This document shows positions 27,424-37,376 of a DNA stretch of 45,361 nt, in pieces (the stretch's first letter is position 1; every line of letters starts with the position of its first letter). Where the stretch lies: assembly GCA_051382295.1 (NCBI GenBank), contig JBBCAW010000019.1:1-45361 (forward strand), given 5' to 3'. The notes beneath the pieces are model-generated. The model searched no databases and had not been told where the DNA came from. It saw only the letters and a program-made list of their open reading frames with translations. This DNA is from Bdellovibrionota bacterium FG-1 (GTDB lineage: Bacteria; Bdellovibrionota; UBA1018). The position numbers and the translations under genes were made by a program.

Positions 27424-27789
27424 ATGGAAAACGAAAGTGAATCCAAACCGAAGCAGAAGGGCGGGCCTCGTGCGAATGTTCGCTTCAGCGAACGTGAGTA
27501 CGGGCAGCTTTTAAAAGATGAAAAGGAGCGCGGCATTTCTATCCCGGTGCTTCTTAGAGATGCGTACTTCAGCGGCAGACCAACGGCAATTCTGATGGCG
27601 AAGGAGGAAACAAGAGCCGTTCTCACGGAGCTGCTTCGCCAGGGCAATAACTTGAACCAACTCACGCGGCAGGTGAATGCGGGCATCGCGGCCAATGTGA
27701 AGCAGGAACTTGCCAACATTGGCCGCGCTCTTACGGGGATGACCGCGCTTCTGCGCGGCAAGGTGCTGAAACTGAAAGAAGCCGAATAA
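27424..27789 (+). CDS. mobC: MobC-family relaxosome protein (RHH)
   Basis: NVRFSERE RHH start; L.RQGNNLNQL.R..N motif; directly upstream of relaxase. Confidence 0.9.
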   Translation: MENESESKPKQKGGPRANVRFSEREYGQLLKDEKERGISIPVLLRDAYFSGRPTAILMAKEETRAVLTELLRQGNNLNQLTRQVNAGIAANVKQELANIGRALTGMTALLRGKVLKLKEAE

Positions 27790-27796
27790 AGGAGTA

Positions 27797-29656
27797 ATGG
27801 ACATGGCGTATGTGAAGGTTGCGTATCGCAAGAATGCTGACAGCCTGATTAAGTATGTGTTCAAAGAAAAAGCGCCCGACGACCCTGCTCATGGCGAGGA
27901 TTGTCCGCCCAATGAGCAGGGCGCGAAGAACGCTTTTGAGGCGGTGCGCGACCTTCACAAAGTCAAAGAAGGCATCCAGGCTTTGCATGTCATTCAGTCT
28001 TGGAGTCCTGAAGAGAGCAAGAAGCTTACCGCCGAACACATGAACAAGATGGGACAGGAGCTAGCGGGACGCTACTTTGAAGGTCATCAATATCTCGTCG
28101 TCACGCATACCCATGACGATCATCACCACAACCATATCGTCGTCAATTCCACGCATACAGATACCGGGAAACGCGTCACCAATAAAAAGAAGCATCTCTA
28201 CAAGCTCCGAGACATCAGCGATAATATTTGCCGCGAGAATGGGCTTTCGGTGATCGACGGCGAGGCGAAGCAGCGCCGAGAAAATATGCCGGATCGCGCT
28301 CAGAAAATCGACCGCTACAATGGAAACTCGTACATCCGCGCGATGAAGGACAAAGCGCAGTTTGCCAGGCACTACGCCACAAACTTTGACGAGTATGCGG
28401 GTTACCTCGATGCCTTGGGGGTGCATCTTCGAATCAAGGATAAAACGATCACCTATTTTTATGAAGACAAGGCAAAGGGAAAGCGAGGCGATAAACTTGG
28501 AAGAGAATTTACAAAAGAGGGATTGGGCGATGCATTCAAGCGAAACCACGAGCTGTTCTCAGCCAGGCCCGAGCTGCGCGCGAGAATTCGATCAGAATTC
28601 GAGCGCGCCTCAGGGGCTGGCAGATCTACTTTGGGAGCTTCGGGCGGTGTACTTTTGGACGGACGGGACGATGCAAGGCATCGGCCAAATGACGTCCAGG
28701 CTTACACGAAAAGTTCACGCGCTTATGGTGATCGCAGCACTCCTTCTGATGATAAACTTCGCAACAGCATTATTCCTATTGAAGCCATTCGCCACGCCCG
28801 CACTGCGAACATCCTCGAATACTGCGTGCGCAATAAAATCGGACTGATGACCAATGAACGAGGCAAGCGTGCGCTCCAGGGCCGACCCCATGTTGAACTC
28901 GAAGAGACGACCTGGACGAACACGCGAAATAAAACCAAAGGAACTGCAATTGAGCTGGTGGCGACGCATGGAAACCTGACCTATTTGCAGTCGATCGCGA
29001 AAATCAACAACACGCCTTCGCTTTTGGAACTTGAGACCCATTTCGGACCGGCCAGTCGCAAGTTCACTTCCTTTCATGTACCCAGACGGCACGAAGCGGC
29101 GTATCCCGCCGCGATCGAGCGGCTTGGGCGATTTCTCACTTCGTTTGGTACCAATCCTGGGGTGGGCGAAGCCCTGCTCATGAGCGATCAGGCGCGCGTG
29201 AGGCGAAACGGCGCGATACGACTTTACCCAAAGGGCGATAACAAGAATTCGCTCGAATTCGTCGAAGATGAATTCGAAAAGTGGCAACCGAAGCGCCGGG
29301 GGCGCTTCAAGACGCCCTTTCACTCAAGCCGCGGTAGCGGCGAGACTGTTGTGCTCTTCACCGATCCGAAACAGTACATCCAGAAGCGCGGAAAGGAGCT
29401 TTTCGCGGATCGCAAACGCAACGACGGGATTCTGGTCCTGATGGAGCCCAACGAAGACAGGGTGGCCGACTATTTGAAGTCCAATCCACACGTCAAGACC
29501 ATCGAGATTGTGACGACGAGTCCGAGCAAGCCCGCTCAGGGCGAGCTCGACTTCTTTGGCAACCTCAAATCGAAGTTGACGGGTTTGGAAGTCAAGGTGC
29601 ACTTCACCGGCCAGGAGAGGGCGCTCACGCGTCGGGGACTGGAGTTAAGCATTTGA
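27797..29656 (+). CDS. MOB_P-type relaxase with C-terminal primase/Toprim-like extension
   Basis: LIKYV catalytic Tyr, HVIQSWSPEE motif II, VVTH....HHHNHIVVN motif III, GLSVI. Confidence 0.9.
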   Translation: MDMAYVKVAYRKNADSLIKYVFKEKAPDDPAHGEDCPPNEQGAKNAFEAVRDLHKVKEGIQALHVIQSWSPEESKKLTAEHMNKMGQELAGRYFEGHQYLVVTHTHDDHHHNHIVVNSTHTDTGKRVTNKKKHLYKLRDISDNICRENGLSVIDGEAKQRRENMPDRAQKIDRYNGNSYIRAMKDKAQFARHYATNFDEYAGYLDALGVHLRIKDKTITYFYEDKAKGKRGDKLGREFTKEGLGDAFKRNHELFSARPELRARIRSEFERASGAGRSTLGASGGVLLDGRDDARHRPNDVQAYTKSSRAYGDRSTPSDDKLRNSIIPIEAIRHARTANILEYCVRNKIGLMTNERGKRALQGRPHVELEETTWTNTRNKTKGTAIELVATHGNLTYLQSIAKINNTPSLLELETHFGPASRKFTSFHVPRRHEAAYPAAIERLGRFLTSFGTNPGVGEALLMSDQARVRRNGAIRLYPKGDNKNSLEFVEDEFEKWQPKRRGRFKTPFHSSRGSGETVVLFTDPKQYIQKRGKELFADRKRNDGILVLMEPNEDRVADYLKSNPHVKTIEIVTTSPSKPAQGELDFFGNLKSKLTGLEVKVHFTGQERALTRRGLELSI

Positions 29657-29748
29657 AGATTTACCGGGCGAGCAGGATGCGAGCCCAAATCGAGGTTTCA
29701 CGAGCCAAGGCGTTAGCGGCGAGGTGAAACCCAGAAGGAAGGCAAAAC

Positions 29749-30126
29749 ATGGAAACGACTGTTGCAAATAAGAAGGAACAGAAGGCCGCAAAGAAAAGCA
29801 CCCATGTCGCAATTCGAGTCGAAAAAACGACCGGGAGGCTCGTTCAGCAGATCCTCGACCAGATCAACAAAAAGGATTTCGGAAAGCGTGTGGGTGCCGA
29901 CGCGGTGATCGCGATTGCAATAGGGCGCGTGACACAGGGCGATATCTTGGGGATTCAGGAGACATCGCTCTCCAACAAGGATCGCTTCGAGCGAGACTTC
30001 GCGCGCTACGTTGCGAAGCACGGGAAGATTTCGCGCGACGAATATCTGGGCAAGCGTTTGAACGGAGCAATCCCAGCGGAGCCGGAGCCGAAAACCGGCT
30101 CCGCAGATTTGCAAAAAAACGCATGA
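29749..30126 (+). CDS. Small basic DNA-binding-like hypothetical protein
   Basis: GAAGGAAGG RBS; AIRV beta-helix-helix pattern. Confidence 0.55.
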   Translation: METTVANKKEQKAAKKSTHVAIRVEKTTGRLVQQILDQINKKDFGKRVGADAVIAIAIGRVTQGDILGIQETSLSNKDRFERDFARYVAKHGKISRDEYLGKRLNGAIPAEPEPKTGSADLQKNA

Positions 30127-30295
30127 TTGCCGCGTAATAATCGCATTTTCTCGCGCTTTTTCACTCACTACTGAGCAGGAGAAATGATATGTATTTTGTA
30201 TCTGGCAGCTCCGTTCGGAAAGGGATGGAGTTCGGACAACAGTTCTTTGACAATTCGGAGCGTTATCGGAATCACCTAACGTCGGAGGTGCTGCA

Positions 30296-30571
30296 ATGAG
30301 ACGGGCACCGTACAAGGGCGAGAAAACGCATGACACAGTTCATGTGCTTAACCCGCCCGTTTCCTTTGATCCGAACGAATGGGCGAACTCGGAAGAGGCC
30401 GCCATCATTCTTCGGAAGTTTCGGAAGAAGGACGGAAAACCCTCTGTCGGCGCGATTCACACGATGATCTACCGGGGCAAGCTCGCCGCGCACCGTTTTT
30501 TCGGGCGGCTCTTGTTTCGTAGGTCAGAACTGATGCGGCTCGTGGCTCTTTCTCCAACGACAGGAGGATAG
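30296..30571 (+). CDS. Excisionase-like HTH protein
   Basis: EEAA.IL.....I.TMIYRGKL.A.RF.GRLLFRRSEL (MerR/Xis-type HTH); GGAGG RBS; precedes integrase. Confidence 0.75.
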   Translation: MRRAPYKGEKTHDTVHVLNPPVSFDPNEWANSEEAAIILRKFRKKDGKPSVGAIHTMIYRGKLAAHRFFGRLLFRRSELMRLVALSPTTGG

Positions 30572-30575
30572 AGGC

Positions 30576-31889
30576 ATGGCGATCAAAACGTGGGAAGAAG
30601 ACGGCAAGCTTCACTACAGCGTTCGCGCGGTAGCGAAGGTTGTCACTGACCGAGAATATTGTGCAGACCGACGTGATACCGGGGTTCTTGAAGAAAGAGA
30701 CCCGGAGGTAGTGAAGAAACACCTGGACCGGATTTACTCGCGGCTCATGAGTGAGGCCAAGAGTGACGCGATCGAGCGTTCACACTTGGGCTGCACCTGG
30801 GGCGAGCTGGTTCAGAAGTGGACAAAGGCACTTGAAGAAGAGGCAAAGTGGCCTGAGATTGACGGACTGAGAAAGCCCGTCAAGTGGTCAACGGCGCGGG
30901 GTTATCTCCAGTCCGTGAATGATTTCACGCAGACTTGGTGGAAAAAGCCCGCCTCAGAGATCACGCCTGCTGATGTGGAGGACGTGTTCTTGGACATGAA
31001 GCGGTTGGGTTACTCCAACTGCCGCATGTACAACGCAAAGGTCGCCATCAGTAAGTGCTTCAAGTGGGGAATGGCAAGACGGATGATTCGAGGGCTCGCG
31101 GTTCCGCCGACTCAAGGCTTTGGCATTAGTCGGAAGGAATCCAAGCGGCCCGAGATTTTGAATGTCTCGCAGAGCGAATTCCTCATTTCAGAAGGCTATC
31201 GGAGAGGGAGTCCCTGGCGACAGGTCTGGAAAGGTGCTTATCACTCGGGCGGGCGCAGCGGAGAGCTGTTCCAGCTTAAGCGAAAGCATGTGGATCTGGT
31301 CGAGCGAATGATCCATTTCGAGGAGAAATGGAACTTCGTCTACAAACAAGTGGAAGACCTCAAAGATGGAGAATGGCGGCATGTGCCCATCAACGATGAT
31401 CTTTATGATCTGTTGATGGAACTTGGCGCAAAGGACATGGGGCCGGAGGACTACATATTTCCCAGGGTTACAGCCTGGGTTTATGGATCGGCAGCCGAAC
31501 CGCTGCGGAAGTTTTGCGATGAGATCGGGGTACCCTCGATCTGCTTCCATACTCTGCGGGCGTGTTGGGCAACCCAGCTTCTCAAGAACGGGGTCTCCTC
31601 AACAAAGGTCATGGCAATGGGCGGCTGGTCCGACCCAGAAACCATGCACCGTTATGTGAGACTGTCCGGGATTGAACTCGACGGGGCCACTGATTCGTTG
31701 TCTACCGGGCCGAAGGAGCGACCGGCAAGAGTCTTAAAACTCGTGCCGGGCTCAGAGGCCCGCAAGGCTACGGCGGCGGCACCTGCCCTGGATCTGATGG
31801 ATCGGTTACTCTCTTCAGATCCAGCCGTGGCGGAAGCCGCGAAGCTGGAGCTAGAAGAGACCCGACGCCGGAAGGCGCAGGGGGCCTGA
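30576..31889 (+). CDS. int: Tyrosine recombinase/integrase
   Basis: SGGRSGEL (R), LK, FHTLRA (HxxR), GGWS (W), RY (Y); N-terminal arm and core-binding regions. Confidence 0.92.
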   Translation: MAIKTWEEDGKLHYSVRAVAKVVTDREYCADRRDTGVLEERDPEVVKKHLDRIYSRLMSEAKSDAIERSHLGCTWGELVQKWTKALEEEAKWPEIDGLRKPVKWSTARGYLQSVNDFTQTWWKKPASEITPADVEDVFLDMKRLGYSNCRMYNAKVAISKCFKWGMARRMIRGLAVPPTQGFGISRKESKRPEILNVSQSEFLISEGYRRGSPWRQVWKGAYHSGGRSGELFQLKRKHVDLVERMIHFEEKWNFVYKQVEDLKDGEWRHVPINDDLYDLLMELGAKDMGPEDYIFPRVTAWVYGSAAEPLRKFCDEIGVPSICFHTLRACWATQLLKNGVSSTKVMAMGGWSDPETMHRYVRLSGIELDGATDSLSTGPKERPARVLKLVPGSEARKATAAAPALDLMDRLLSSDPAVAEAAKLELEETRRRKAQGA

Positions 31890-33630
31890 TGAGACAAGTG
31901 CTATATGATGATGGGGTGATGAATCCGAAAACGATTTCCGAGTTTGGCTTATTTTTTGGGGCGCAGGTGGAGGTTCCACCGCGCGGAAGCGACAAGGTTT
32001 TGAACTTGTTCACTTTCGAAAAGTCACCCCAAATATTGCTGTAAACTAAAAATTGATCCCCAGGACCACAACCGGTTCTGGGGATTTTTGTTTCTGAACC
32101 CATTGTAAAGCCTGGGTTTTTTATGTGCAGGACAATCTCGTCTTTTTTGACCTCGATCTTATCGAGGATGGCCTTCAGGAATGCCTGCCGAGAAGCGATC
32201 GGGAGCTTTCCAAAGTCCTCTCCGAAACGTTCCAGAGCCTTCTGAATCGCATCAACACCCAACAGGGCCGCCGATCCATTTCCCATCCTCTTTTTGATAT
32301 CCTCCGCCTGCCGTTCCAAATCCTGCTTCTCCTGCTGAAGCCTCTGGGATTTCTCCATCCAACTCCGCTTCTCCTCAGTCGTCGGTGCCCCCAAAATCTC
32401 GTCCATGACCTGATCAAGCTTCCGAATGGTGCCCTCTAGCCGCCGACTCAATGCCAGGAGAGCATCCTTGTAATCAGGTTGGCTCGATTTAAACTCTTCG
32501 TTTGCCCGAGCGACCAACGCCTTGACGACCTCAGGACTCTTGGCAAGCTGCATCAGCTTTCCAATTACAACCTTCTCGACAGCATTCGCCGGTAGCGACG
32601 AAAAATGACAAGTGCATTTCTTCGCGTGTCGATACTGGATAAATTTCTTTTCCGACCTTCCCCATCCACTCCCACCCACCAAACGAACACCCCTGGGGCA
32701 CTCGATGAGTCCCGTCAGCAAGAACTCGTGGTACTTCCACCTGGGAACCTTCAGCTTCTTGTAGTTTTCATCCAGAAGAATATTCGCCTGTTCCCATCGC
32801 TCCCGATCAACAACGGAGGCCCAGACCGTTTTGACGATACGGTAGCGCTCCGACTCAGGTACCCTTTCCGGGTCTTTCTTTCGATTCTTCCGATTTAGCT
32901 CGATCTCACCGACGATAGAACGATGCCTGATCCAGCGGATGAGTGAGCTGTCATCCCAATCCAACCCATGATCTCGCTTGTACCCAGCCTCACGAATCAG
33001 CTCCAGAGCCTTGCTAACGTACCCGGCCTTATTGAGAAAGATATTGAGAATTTCCTCAGCGACAACTTGCTTGGCAGCATTGACTTGAAGGTAGCCCGGA
33101 CGCTCAGGGGAAAGATCCAATCCGTATGGAACCGGCCCTCCAGGCCACAACCCTCTTCCTGCTCTGGCCTGGTAGCTAACCTTCACGCGCTCGGCAGTAA
33201 TTTCGCGTTCGAGCTGAGCGAATTCGATCGCGAAGTTCAGCATGGCCCGGCCCATCGCGCTTGAGGTATCGAACTTCTGTCGAATAGAAATAAACGAGGA
33301 CTCGCTGTCGTCGAAAAAAGCGCGTAGATCGATCCAGTCACGAACGGATCGACTCATTCGAGAAATCTCCGTAATGATCACTGTATCGACCTTTTTCTTG
33401 GAAATATCCTTTAGGAGTCGCCTAACCTCCGGTCGCTCCAAGCTCTTCCCAGAAAAGCCCTCATCTTTGTAGACATCAACAGCCTGACCCCATTGGCCCC
33501 CTTCCTTGAGATTCTCGCCCTCGATATACTTTTCGAGACTGGTGATCTGATTTTTGATCGACCCTTCCTCAACTTTTGCCTGCTCCTCCGTGGAAACCCT
33601 TGCGTATAATCCGACTTTTCTCATTTTCAT
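31768..33630 (-). CDS. Large serine recombinase (integrase)
   Basis: YARVST catalytic motif, D.GFSG...RP, SRMSR, recombinase domain, LLTGLIECP..C Zn ribbon, coiled coil, I.V C-terminal strands. Confidence 0.95.
   Translation of the reverse strand: MKMRKVGLYARVSTEEQAKVEEGSIKNQITSLEKYIEGENLKEGGQWGQAVDVYKDEGFSGKSLERPEVRRLLKDISKKKVDTVIITEISRMSRSVRDWIDLRAFFDDSESSFISIRQKFDTSSAMGRAMLNFAIEFAQLEREITAERVKVSYQARAGRGLWPGGPVPYGLDLSPERPGYLQVNAAKQVVAEEILNIFLNKAGYVSKALELIREAGYKRDHGLDWDDSSLIRWIRHRSIVGEIELNRKNRKKDPERVPESERYRIVKTVWASVVDRERWEQANILLDENYKKLKVPRWKYHEFLLTGLIECPRGVRLVGGSGWGRSEKKFIQYRHAKKCTCHFSSLPANAVEKVVIGKLMQLAKSPEVVKALVARANEEFKSSQPDYKDALLALSRRLEGTIRKLDQVMDEILGAPTTEEKRSWMEKSQRLQQEKQDLERQAEDIKKRMGNGSAALLGVDAIQKALERFGEDFGKLPIASRQAFLKAILDKIEVKKDEIVLHIKNPGFTMGSETKIPRTGCGPGDQFLVYSNIWGDFSKVNKFKTLSLPRGGTSTCAPKNKPNSEIVFGFITPSSYSTCLIRPPAPSGVGSLLAPASRLPPRLDLKRVTDPSDPGQVPPP
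31889..32044 (+). pseudogene. 5' fragment of a gene coupled to the integrase, probably interrupted by the serine-recombinase element
   Basis: TGATG overlap with int stop; MRQVLYDDGVMNPKTISEFGLFFGAQVEVPPRGSDKVLNLFTFEKSPQILL stops just after about 32030. Confidence 0.45.
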
Positions 33631-33636
33631 CTCTTC

Positions 33637-34020
33637 TCATGCGATTAACTGCTCTACTCGAGATTGCCTCTTCAGCAATATATCCAAGTCAAAATCACCA
33701 TTTTCAATTTCCAACATTCCGTTCTCCTTCATGAGGCCGAACAGCATTTTCACCCATTCCGAATCGACGGAACTCAGCTGAAGAACAGAGACGGGCAGTC
33801 CTGCTACTGCCCAGGTCTTAACCTTAGCAGCGCTCCGTTTCATTTTTCTCCTACGGTTGAAACACTCCTTACAACGTGACTCACTCCGAGCATTTCCCTT
33901 CCTTGGGAAATTTTCAATCAAGCGTTCACACGCACAGTCCACACATTTTCTAAAAGCCTTCTCTGGATGCGCTTCATTATCCAGTTTCATTAAACTCGAG
34001 TGCCTCCTCATCATCCTCAA
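33637..34020 (-). CDS. Zinc-finger protein upstream of the serine recombinase (possible directionality factor)
   Basis: CVDC...F.......SRCKEC and basic helix; ends 6 nt before the recombinase start. Confidence 0.55.
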   Translation of the reverse strand: MRMMRRHSSLMKLDNEAHPEKAFRKCVDCACERLIENFPRKGNARSESRCKECFNRRRKMKRSAAKVKTWAVAGLPVSVLQLSSVDSEWVKMLFGLMKENGMLEIENGDFDLDILLKRQSRVEQLIA

Positions 34021-34240
34021 CGCTCAGCGCGTGGACGATTAGAAGTATCGAGCCATGATCTTGGATCTAAAAATGGTGACAGTCAGGACCCTCGACATCC
34101 ATTTCGTATAGTAAAGCCCTTTACAGCGATATTTGGCTGCGCGGGGCCGCCCTTCGCGGTCACAAAATAAACCTGCTCACACCGGTCGTGAAAGCTACCA
34201 AGGGCAATTAGAAGCACACCGGCCAAACCTCTGGCGGCCA

Positions 34241-34936
34241 CTACCAGGTCCAAGTCCTCCTTCTCGAAGGTGGAATCGTTCCATCAACCATCCCCCTAAA
34301 TGTATCGACTGCCTTGTTATACTCCTCAAGTTGTCCGTTGGTCGGACCACTCGTCGGATAACCCACCTCATCCAATGTCGGAACTCCCTCAGGAAAAATA
34401 AAAGGCTCCTCTTGTACCTTGGAAGCAACCTCAATATTGCATCGCTGATGGCCTGATTTGAAGTTTGCCTTCGGATTCATAGTTAGCCGAATCGCTGCAC
34501 CTTTAGGCGATAACAGGGCAGCATTCATAGCCGGATTGTATGTTAAGTTAGTGACCTGTCTCAGGTCATGGGCCGTCATCTTCCAGTTACATAAACTTCC
34601 TATCGGCAGAGAGTTTCCTTTGTAAAGGTAGTCATCCGAACAAAGAAACCCGTAAAACATTCCAACTACTTTCGTCTGGACGGTCCACAGGTCAAGCGGG
34701 AAACTGCCTTTCCGAAACTCGATCAGCTCGCAATACTCGCAGAAGCTAGAATAGTCTTTTCCGCAAAATACTTCATGGCGTTTTCCAGGGAATCCATGCC
34801 TCCGAAATATTCTTTCAACCGGCCACGGATTTTTTGGGTGGAAAGTTAGTTTTATATCAACCGAATACATATCGTCACACTTACCGCCACTCAGAAAGAT
34901 ACTTGGAACGCTGCTGCCGCCTTTGTCTTTGGACAT
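34241..34936 (-). CDS. Putative T4 gp32-like single-stranded DNA-binding protein; start reassigned from 35386
   Basis: GGAGG RBS before ATG 34936; P.....HGF......C......CEYC resembles the gp32 His-Cys3 zinc site. Confidence 0.45.
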   Translation of the reverse strand: MSKDKGGSSVPSIFLSGGKCDDMYSVDIKLTFHPKNPWPVERIFRRHGFPGKRHEVFCGKDYSSFCEYCELIEFRKGSFPLDLWTVQTKVVGMFYGFLCSDDYLYKGNSLPIGSLCNWKMTAHDLRQVTNLTYNPAMNAALLSPKGAAIRLTMNPKANFKSGHQRCNIEVASKVQEEPFIFPEGVPTLDEVGYPTSGPTNGQLEEYNKAVDTFRGMVDGTIPPSRRRTWTW

Positions 34937-35182
34937 AATAAGTCCTCCCATTACCGATAACGAAGCACGAGTGGACAATCCTCCGATCACTGATTGACAG
35001 GGTCTGGCCTCGCGAAACTTAGAGGTGCAAGAGGCGCAAGTCCGCGCTCTAGCGCCCCTAATTCCCCCTATTCCGCAGAGGCGACCCAGCCTCCGCAAAA
35101 ACGTGTCCAGCTCATTGTCGTAATAAGCCTGTGAGCCTCTAATGACTCCAAGGCGACACGTATTAAGCAAGGAGATCCCGCT

Positions 35183-37246
35183 ATGAGTGAAAACGAACAA
35201 TTTGCCCGAGTAAATTCGCCAGACATGGCAAAGCCCGAGAAGATCCATCTCACCGAGATAGAGAAGCCTTCTAATGTTTCTAAACTGATTGAAGTGGATG
35301 CCCGACCCGTTCTCATTGGTCCTGTCAGCCTGATTCCATACCGGTTCTTCATGCGCTGTCCTGTTGCAGATGGAAAACAAGACCACTGCCCAGCAAAAGC
35401 TCTAGCCGAAAAAGACGGCGCTTCGTTTCAATGTGAATTGTACGATTTCTCAATACAGAACAAGGAAGGAGCGTTTGTTCATGAAATAAAAAAGGATGAC
35501 GTGCGCATCATCGCTTCTTACAAGCAAAAAACAGCGTTTGTCACCGCGGTCACGCTCTCTCGCTCTCCATGTAAGGTCGATGAATTCCGATATAAGGCTC
35601 AGGTAAAAGAGCCCGAAGTCTTGGGGGTCAGAGAGGCCGTCTTCTATCCATCTGCTAAAATCATCGAAAGAAGTGGGACCGGGGATTCGATCATTGATGA
35701 ATCGGGGAACCCATTTCGCGCACAGACTCTTTTCAGCATTTCCGAAGGAGCTGATCTGCTCTCGACCGCATCAGCCCTAACCATTATTGGGAGAGTGCAC
35801 CCAAACCCAAAGAACCAAGTGCCGACCATCGCCATACTGGAGACGAAAAACGTATTAGACGACTTCAGAAATTTTAGATTGTCGGACGAAATTCGAGAGC
35901 AGTTCAAAATGTTAAATGAAGCCGGACTTTCCGGCGTGGCCGATGCACTATCGTCAATGACTCAAATTTATGACCGTCAGCTCACTCATCTCCTCATCCT
36001 GCTTATTTTTCATAGCGTGATCTCATTTCGTTTCGACGGCAAAAACATCAAGGGGACGCTTGAAGGTCTATTTATTGGTGACGCAGGGGTCGGGAAAACC
36101 ATGATCCTAAAAACGATGATCCAAAAACTAAGGCTGGGCCAATTTATGACGGGGTCATGCTCCTCCCGCACGGGATTGAGCTACGCCGTGATTCAGATGA
36201 ATGGAACCTGGGAAATTCAGTGGGGCGCGTTCCCTACAAACGACATGGGCCTCCTCATCATTGACGAGGGCCAGGACATTTCACCCTTTGACTGGGAAAA
36301 GCTGTCAGTAGCACGGAGTGAAGGGGTACTTACGGTAGATCGAGCGGCTAAGGGCGAACACCCGTCTCGCACTCGCCTAATCGTATCCGCCAATCCCAAA
36401 GACGGGAAGCAAATCGACTCCGAATTATATCCTTGCGTCCATGTGAAGCAGCTCTTTACTACCAAGGACATCCGTCGCTTCGATCTGATTCAGTCGCTTA
36501 GTACCACTGACGTTAGCAAGGAAGTCCTGGTCAGAAGCGAGCGAAGTAATGACTCCCAGTGCAATTGGCTCACGCCAGAGGCCCTCAGGAACTCCATCCT
36601 TTTCGCCTGGTCTAGAAAGCCTGATCAGATCCGCTTTGCGGAAGGCATTTCTTCGATCATCTCCCGATGCGCAGGAGCTCTCTTCGAAAAATACGGCACC
36701 GCGACTGATATCCCGGTTGTGACGAGCGATATCAGAGATAAGGTCCTTCGCCTTTCTGTGGCCTATGCTACGGCCAACCATCGCACCGACGACAGTGGCG
36801 AGGTAGTCGTGGTCACAGAAGAGGATGTAAAATCGGTTCTGAACCTCTTGAATACAATCTATTCCAACGGCAATTTTGGCCTCGACTCCTACGCTGCGAT
36901 GATGACCGATGAGTCCAACTTAACTGACGATGAATTCAACCTCATCAAGGAAGAGCTACTTCCAGGGGACCTCATTTGCCTTGGGATTCGAAATCGAAAC
37001 GCCGAGCTCATATCTCTTTTCATTAGAAATCCGGAAATGACCGGCAATGACATCAGTAACGTCATCGACATGGATCGAAAAATAGTCTGCAGCTACATGG
37101 AGCCACTCAAGAAGCACGGACTAATCACAGCCAAGCGTGGTGCCGGATACACCGCGACGAGGAAGTTCAACAAGTTCCTGCTAAAACTCAAGGCATTGGG
37201 GTATCATCTTGGACCGCTTACAGCGGCGGCGTATGCGACTCGATAA
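35183..37246 (+). CDS. MCM-family AAA+ helicase with C-terminal winged helix
   Basis: IGDAGVGKT, SSRTGLS, WGA....D.GLLIIDE, R..LIVSANP, RRFDL (Arg finger), wHTH tail; AAGGAG RBS. Confidence 0.85.
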   Translation: MSENEQFARVNSPDMAKPEKIHLTEIEKPSNVSKLIEVDARPVLIGPVSLIPYRFFMRCPVADGKQDHCPAKALAEKDGASFQCELYDFSIQNKEGAFVHEIKKDDVRIIASYKQKTAFVTAVTLSRSPCKVDEFRYKAQVKEPEVLGVREAVFYPSAKIIERSGTGDSIIDESGNPFRAQTLFSISEGADLLSTASALTIIGRVHPNPKNQVPTIAILETKNVLDDFRNFRLSDEIREQFKMLNEAGLSGVADALSSMTQIYDRQLTHLLILLIFHSVISFRFDGKNIKGTLEGLFIGDAGVGKTMILKTMIQKLRLGQFMTGSCSSRTGLSYAVIQMNGTWEIQWGAFPTNDMGLLIIDEGQDISPFDWEKLSVARSEGVLTVDRAAKGEHPSRTRLIVSANPKDGKQIDSELYPCVHVKQLFTTKDIRRFDLIQSLSTTDVSKEVLVRSERSNDSQCNWLTPEALRNSILFAWSRKPDQIRFAEGISSIISRCAGALFEKYGTATDIPVVTSDIRDKVLRLSVAYATANHRTDDSGEVVVVTEEDVKSVLNLLNTIYSNGNFGLDSYAAMMTDESNLTDDEFNLIKEELLPGDLICLGIRNRNAELISLFIRNPEMTGNDISNVIDMDRKIVCSYMEPLKKHGLITAKRGAGYTATRKFNKFLLKLKALGYHLGPLTAAAYATR

Positions 37247-37376
37247 GGTGCAAATCTTCAGTCATTTATTGATTTGGTCGGGTGCGGGTCCCAGTCGTGT
37301 GGATTGCTAGGCAGTTGGATGGGTGATAAAGCACGACTAGCGTTTTTCTAGTAGCTATTTTGAGGAGCGAAATTTC

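Larger units (their letters stand above)
3667..32030. mobile_element. Integrative conjugative element (F-like T4SS, MOB_P relaxase, tyrosine integrase); boundaries approximate
   Basis: T4CP, TraC/VirB4, TraB/K/V/E/L/G/H, relaxase-MobC and xis-int all present; tRNA fragment at left end. Confidence 0.8.

Noticed and set aside
34937..35386. N-terminal extension of the 381-aa minus ORF
   Set aside because: It overlaps the MCM gene antisense and the divergent promoter region; GGAGG RBS supports ATG 34936.
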